From an uncultured Candidatus Entotheonella sp. (GTDB taxonomy: Bacteria; Tectomicrobia; Entotheonellia; Entotheonellales; Entotheonellaceae), in contig CBDCDA010000001.1 in assembly GCA_965215335.1 (NCBI GenBank), forward strand, positions 1,376,001-1,440,000: a DNA stretch of 64,000 bases, in the 5' to 3' direction. The notes below the pieces were generated by a model. The model was given only the letters and a program-made list of their open reading frames with translations. It was not told the origin of the DNA and searched no databases. Shown one piece after another: positions 59,363 through 64,000 of the stretch. The translations under genes were made by a program, and so were the position numbers. Numbering within the stretch: the stretch's first letter is position 1; each line of letters starts with the position of its first letter.

Positions 59363-59966
59363 CGTCGCAGTCGTTGAGGCCATCTTGTCGGAAGGCTTGT
59401 ACTGCCACGTCGGTTTCAGTGTTGACGGTCAGCCGTATGTCATCCCGACGATCTACGCTCATATCGAGGATCGTCTGTACCTCCACGGCTCTGCCGCGAG
59501 CCGGATGCTGCGCACAATCGGGGCGGGGATACCGGTCTGCGTCACGGTCACCCTGTTGGATGGTCTGGTGCTCGCGCGGTCGACGTTTCATCATTCGATG
59601 AACTACCGCTCCGTCGTGATTCTCGGCCAGGCGACGGAGGTCACCGACCCTGACGAAAAAGAGGCCGCCCTGAAAGCCATCGTCGATCACGTCATGGTTG
59701 GACGATGGGATGACGTCCGCGAACCGTCGCCTCAGGAACTGAAGGCCACGAGCGTGATACGAGTGCTCTTGGAGGAGGTGTCGGCAAAGATTCGCACCGG
59801 GCCGCCGGTGGATGACGAGGAAGATTACCAACTTGATTGCTGGGCGGGTGAGTTGCCCTTGCGCCTGGTGCCGCAGCCGCCGGTCGCCGATCCGCAACTG
59901 CGGGCCGGCATCGTGGTCCCAGCGTATGCGAAGAACTATAGACGGATTACCGGTGACAACTCATAG
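59292..59966 (+). CDS. Pyridoxamine 5'-phosphate oxidase-like flavin-binding protein
   Basis: PYVIPT, LYLHGS, DGLVLARSTFHHSMNYRSV, SAKIRTGPP, WAGELP. Confidence 0.9.
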   Translation: MFMPQFKKTERTRIRRMPKRASYDVAVVEAILSEGLYCHVGFSVDGQPYVIPTIYAHIEDRLYLHGSAASRMLRTIGAGIPVCVTVTLLDGLVLARSTFHHSMNYRSVVILGQATEVTDPDEKEAALKAIVDHVMVGRWDDVREPSPQELKATSVIRVLLEEVSAKIRTGPPVDDEEDYQLDCWAGELPLRLVPQPPVADPQLRAGIVVPAYAKNYRRITGDNS

Positions 59967-59990
59967 GCTGTACGCATCACAAATACTCGT

Positions 59991-60719
59991 TCAAGCCTGA
60001 GCGAGATCGTCCCGCGGTGGCAGGCCCGGCATGCTTCCGACGGCCATCGGCGTGGCGCTGAGAAAGGGCTCGCCGTAGGCTGTGCCGATCATCCAGCCGA
60101 ACCATACCGCCCGCGCTTCCAGGGCGCGCAGGAAGCCGGGCCGGCTCAAGGCCGTCGCGGCGGTTTTCCCGCCCGCCATGAACTGGCTCTCATAGGCCCG
60201 CACTGCGGCCATGCGGCGCTCCCACACGGACGACACATCCATGATGAACGAGGGCGCAAAAGGCGTATGCAACAGGTAGTAATACAGTAGCGGCGGACGA
60301 TAGGGATCGCCGTCACCGATTTTGCCGACGCCGGCGAAGAAGCAGGCTTCGCGCACCAGGCTGCTGGCCCGCGCGTGGTCGGGATGGCGATCTTCCCAGT
60401 ATGGCGCCAGCACGATGCGCGGGCGCGTGCGGCGGACCACGTCGATGATCGGCAGGCAGTGGTCCGGGTGGGTGCCGATGGCGCCGTCCGGCAGGCCCAG
60501 GGAGAAACGGGCCGTCAGGCCGAGCAGCGCCGTGGCGCACCGGGTTTCCCGCTCTCTTTGCTCGAGGGTGCCGCGGCTGGACAGCTCCCCTGCCGTCAGG
60601 TCTGCCACCGCCACCCGCCAGCCCTTGTCCGCCGCGGCAATCAGGCTGCCCCCGCAACCGAGTTCGACGTCATCCGGGTGGGGACCGAACGCCAGGATGT
60701 CCAACGCTTCTTCCATCAC
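59991..60719 (-). CDS. bshB1: Bacillithiol biosynthesis deacetylase BshB1-like (PIG-L)
   Basis: LAFGPHPDDVELGCGG, DLTAGELSSRGT, DRHPDH, YESQF, YGEPF. Confidence 0.87.
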   Translation of the reverse strand: MMEEALDILAFGPHPDDVELGCGGSLIAAADKGWRVAVADLTAGELSSRGTLEQRERETRCATALLGLTARFSLGLPDGAIGTHPDHCLPIIDVVRRTRPRIVLAPYWEDRHPDHARASSLVREACFFAGVGKIGDGDPYRPPLLYYYLLHTPFAPSFIMDVSSVWERRMAAVRAYESQFMAGGKTAATALSRPGFLRALEARAVWFGWMIGTAYGEPFLSATPMAVGSMPGLPPRDDLAQA

Positions 60720-60720
60720 C

Positions 60721-61881
60721 TTACCCCGTGCCCCCCATGAGATAACGATACAGCAAGCCGCCGCTGGCGCCGGCGCCGTCGAGTCGCGGCAGCAGGATGG
60801 GTGCGCGGCGCTTGCCGAACACCTGTTGCAGCACCTCCGCCATCACAAGGCCATAGTACGCGCCGGAACTGGCGCCGGCGACGTAGCCGCTCACCAGATC
60901 GTTCAGAAACAGGGTCAGCGATACGTCGGGACTCCAGTCGGCAGCATCGTCGATGCTGCCGATAGACAAGCGCCCGCTACCCAGATAAAAACGATACGCC
61001 TCGCCGCATCGGCACCGAGCGGTGGCGAATTGATCGACCCGCTGCGTTTCACGACGCAGGCGCAAGCGGCGCCGGCAGTCGTGGCACGACACGTGCAACG
61101 GCAGGTAGTCGGGCGCCAGTGGCTTGACGTGCGGCTCGATGCCTTGGATTCTCAAGGCTTCGACGGCGGCGTTGAAAACGCGGATGGCGTCGTCGAGCCG
61201 GTTGATGAAATCGTTGACCGGCGCCGTGAGCAGAGCGAGAAGCTCGGATACCCGAACGGAGCGCGGATTCAACTCGGCCTGGTTGTTCAACAAGAAACAG
61301 CTCAAGCGATGATTCAGGTCGCTGTACGCGCCGGGGGCGTCTGGCAGGAGGATGGTCCGCAGCGCCTTCAGGCGCTCCCGGATGCGGGCGCGCGTCACCT
61401 TCTTGCGTCCGGTGATAGACTGGTTGACGTAGACCTCAAGCCGGGCGAGCGTATCCTGCACGGCAGCGGGATCAACGGGGATGAAGCGCAATTCGCGCAC
61501 GTCGTTGGCGGCGGGGCAAAGGCGCAGCGAAACCTGCTTGCCGAATACCGTCCACAACATCCGCAGCATGAGCGGGTCGCTGCCGGCCAGGTCGGTGTCG
61601 ATCCACAGAAAAAAGGGGAGGCAGACCGGACGCCGCTCAAGGTCGCGCAGCAATGCCATGCGCTCCAGCATTGAGGGCGTGCAATCGGTGTAGAGCTGCT
61701 GCAGCGCGTAAATTGGTTTGCTCCGCGGAGCCGCAAAATGGCTCGTCAACGCCTTTTGCGCGGGCGCCTGCAGCCGCGCCGCAAAGTCTGCCTCGCAAAC
61801 AAGAATATCCCGCTCGGCCAGGAACGCCACGCCCTCGCCGCAGACCATTAAATCCTTTAGTTGTCGCATGTTTGTTTTCAA
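60721..61881 (-). CDS. Hypothetical protein; putative divergent BshC/class I aaRS-like ligase with Zn knuckle
   Basis: Stop is 1 bp from the bshB1 start; QQ, FLWIDTD, CHDC...CRCG, WSPDV, YVAG...AYY motifs. Confidence 0.55.
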   Translation of the reverse strand: MKTNMRQLKDLMVCGEGVAFLAERDILVCEADFAARLQAPAQKALTSHFAAPRSKPIYALQQLYTDCTPSMLERMALLRDLERRPVCLPFFLWIDTDLAGSDPLMLRMLWTVFGKQVSLRLCPAANDVRELRFIPVDPAAVQDTLARLEVYVNQSITGRKKVTRARIRERLKALRTILLPDAPGAYSDLNHRLSCFLLNNQAELNPRSVRVSELLALLTAPVNDFINRLDDAIRVFNAAVEALRIQGIEPHVKPLAPDYLPLHVSCHDCRRRLRLRRETQRVDQFATARCRCGEAYRFYLGSGRLSIGSIDDAADWSPDVSLTLFLNDLVSGYVAGASSGAYYGLVMAEVLQQVFGKRRAPILLPRLDGAGASGGLLYRYLMGGTG

Positions 61882-62034
61882 TCCTCACCGGCCTTCATGG
61901 TAGTTGCTGCCCGACTTGCGCGGGCATGCCCGCAGACCGGGTTGGCGAAGCAAACCGATTGCCACCGCGCGCCTTCCTGTATAACACAAACCCTCTGGTC
62001 CTCCCAAACCCCTGTCTCTACAGCGCCAAGGCGT

Positions 62035-62040
62035 TATAAT
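62035..62040 (+). promoter_or_regulatory. Candidate -10 box for the PIG-L gene
   Basis: Perfect TATAAT in a divergent intergenic region; no clear -35. Confidence 0.3.
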
Positions 62041-62083
62041 GGCCGCACTCGTATCCACACCCACTTCCTGCACAGGCAACGCC

Positions 62084-64000
62084 GTGACCCAACACATCGG
62101 ATTGACTCAGACACCGTTCTCCCTTCCCCTGTCTTTGCGCGGCTTGCCGGTGGCGGCGCGCGCCCTGATGGTCGGGGCGCATCCGGACGACGAGGACAGC
62201 GCCCTGCTGGCCGAATTGGCCCTGCGTCACGGCGTCCGCACCGCGTATCTTTCGCTCACCCGCGGTGAGGGTGGGCAGAACTGTCTGGGGCCCGAGTCCG
62301 GCACCGCTCTCGGGGTGCTGCGGGCCGGCGAATTGCTGGCCGCGCGGCGATACGACGGCGCCGAGCAACTGTTCTCGCCGTGTATTGATTTTGGCTACGC
62401 CAAGCGCGCTGAGGACGCCTTTGTCCACTGGCCGCGCGAGCGTGTGGTGGGTAGCATCGTGCAGGCCATCCGGGTGCTGCAGCCCGACGTGGTGATTTCG
62501 GTGTGGACCGGCACGCGCATCGACGGACACGGCCACCATCAGGCGTGCGGCGTCGCCACCCGCGAGGCGTTCGACCTGGCCGGCGACGCGACGGCATTTC
62601 CGGAACAACTCCAGTCCGGTCTGTCTCCGTGGCGACCAAGACGTCTCCTGGTACGGGTGCGGGACATCGCGCATCAAGTGGCGGACGATTTGCACATCAA
62701 CGTCGGGCGATTCGATCCACTCATCGGCCGTTCGTGCTTTGAGGTTGCCATGCAGGGCCGCAGCCTGCACCGCTCGCAGAACATGGGCGCGTTGCCGCTG
62801 AAGGGCGCCCAGTACGTTGTCTACCGGGTAGCCGCGGGCCCACCGGTAGCCGGCGGTCAGGATGCCAATCCGCTGGACGGCCTGCCGGTGCGGCTGGAGG
62901 CATGGGCGCGGGTGTTTCTCGATGATCGCCCGGGCGTCGTCGCGGCTATTGCATCCGTCGTACAGCATCTGGACGCGGCTTGGGAGAGTTATCACCCGCA
63001 GCGGCCCGAATGGACGGCCCCCAAGCTCGCTGTAGCGCTTGGCGCGCTCAGGAAAATCATGTCGATGCTCGACGGTGCGCCGCCGGTGTTGCACAGTCGC
63101 TTGCGGGGGTTCCAGCGACGCATCGAATCGGCTTGGCTACAGGCCAGCGGCCTTGCCCTCGAGGTGCTGGCGACGGAGCCTGACGTGATTGCCGGCGGCA
63201 CCGTGGACGTCGAAGCGGAACTGTTCGTGCGTGGCAACGACGACGTCACCCTGTCGTCCCTGCAAGCGCACACGCAACCGGGTTGGCAGGCCGAGTGTGT
63301 GGAGGCTCCGGCGTTGCCCTGGAAGGTGTGTGGGGGTGGAAGCGTCACGGCACGTTTCCGCCTCACCGCGTCGCCAGACGAGGCGACCGCCGTATCGTCC
63401 ACCCTGCCGCCGTGGCTGAGCCTGCCGCCCGAGGGCGACCTGTACCGCTTCGAGCAGACGTTGCCGTGTCTGGTGCCCAGCGCGCTGCCGCCGCTGCGGG
63501 TCCAGGCGACGCTGTGCACTGGTAATCCCGAATCAAAGCTTGCCCCGGACCTGATCCGGGGTTCAAGGCAGGCTCTGGACATCCCGCTATCGGCGCCCGT
63601 TACGTGGCGCGAACTCGACCCCACCCGCGGCGAACTGCGCCACTCCCTGCGGGTGCGCCCGACCGTCAGCGTCACCGTTTCGCCGAGCCTCATTGTCATG
63701 CCCGCATCGGGTGTCACAACGCCAACAATGACCATGCAACTGCACGCCCACGCCACCCGGCGGGGCCGACTCATTCTGCGGTCCTTCGACGGTGGCCAGC
63801 CGGAATCGCACGCATCCGCCGCGCTCAGCCTGCAAGCCGGCGAACAACGCACCGTGCAGCAAACGCTCCCCGCCGGTTCCGGCGCATCCGGCAAACGGGT
63901 GTTTGGGGTGGAATGGCAGGACGAAATCGCCCCGGCGGCGGGCGCCAAGGCCGTCTCGCGGCTCAGATCGTGGCAGGAGGTGCGTTATCCGCACGTCGAA
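62084..64000 (+). CDS. Large PIG-L/LmbE-family deacetylase (runs off the window end)
   Basis: Read manually from GTG 62084: AHPDDED, LTRGEGGQN, DFGYAK, DGHGHHQ, HRSQNMG. Absent from the ORF track, consistent with no stop inside the window. Confidence 0.85.
   Translation, partial: MTQHIGLTQTPFSLPLSLRGLPVAARALMVGAHPDDEDSALLAELALRHGVRTAYLSLTRGEGGQNCLGPESGTALGVLRAGELLAARRYDGAEQLFSPCIDFGYAKRAEDAFVHWPRERVVGSIVQAIRVLQPDVVISVWTGTRIDGHGHHQACGVATREAFDLAGDATAFPEQLQSGLSPWRPRRLLVRVRDIAHQVADDLHINVGRFDPLIGRSCFEVAMQGRSLHRSQNMGALPLKGAQYVVYRVAAGPPVAGGQDANPLDGLPVRLEAWARVFLDDRPGVVAAIASVVQHLDAAWESYHPQRPEWTAPKLAVALGALRKIMSMLDGAPPVLHSRLRGFQRRIESAWLQASGLALEVLATEPDVIAGGTVDVEAELFVRGNDDVTLSSLQAHTQPGWQAECVEAPALPWKVCGGGSVTARFRLTASPDEATAVSSTLPPWLSLPPEGDLYRFEQTLPCLVPSALPPLRVQATLCTGNPESKLAPDLIRGSRQALDIPLSAPVTWRELDPTRGELRHSLRVRPTVSVTVSPSLIVMPASGVTTPTMTMQLHAHATRRGRLILRSFDGGQPESHASAALSLQAGEQRTVQQTLPAGSGASGKRVFGVEWQDEIAPAAGAKAVSRLRSWQEVRYPHVE

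Overview
GC-rich (~65% by eye) bacterial chromosomal window with core metabolic genes and clear signs of decay and mobile-element traffic. In order: two degenerate IS701-like elements flanking a sigma-70 factor and dacB; a MITE; a PLP decarboxylase; an NTase/RHH toxin-antitoxin-like pair; a nucleoside hydrolase; fumarase; gcvT/gcvP remnants; trpS-lspA-rluD; a collapsed moxR-bat operon; a ZIP transporter; a gluconolactonase; a five-gene partner-switching signalling operon; a tandem YjbQ-like protein; RNase II. Next is a Cys-type formate dehydrogenase cluster with an NrfD anchor. It is split by a low-GC, integron-like cassette array (attC-like sites, two TA modules, no integrase), a TnpB element and two inverted IS5 copies. 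Then come murD/folP/MaoC genes, divergent fbp and class I aldolase, a type II R-M system, several internally deleted pseudogenes, and a bacillithiol-like cluster. The best candidate for an undescribed system is that last cluster: bshA and bshB1 lie beside a highly divergent, Zn-knuckle-containing BshC/class I LysRS-like putative ligase and a signal-less PIG-L protein. All assignments come from motif recognition by eye; no database searches were run. No rRNA, tRNA or CRISPR array was seen.
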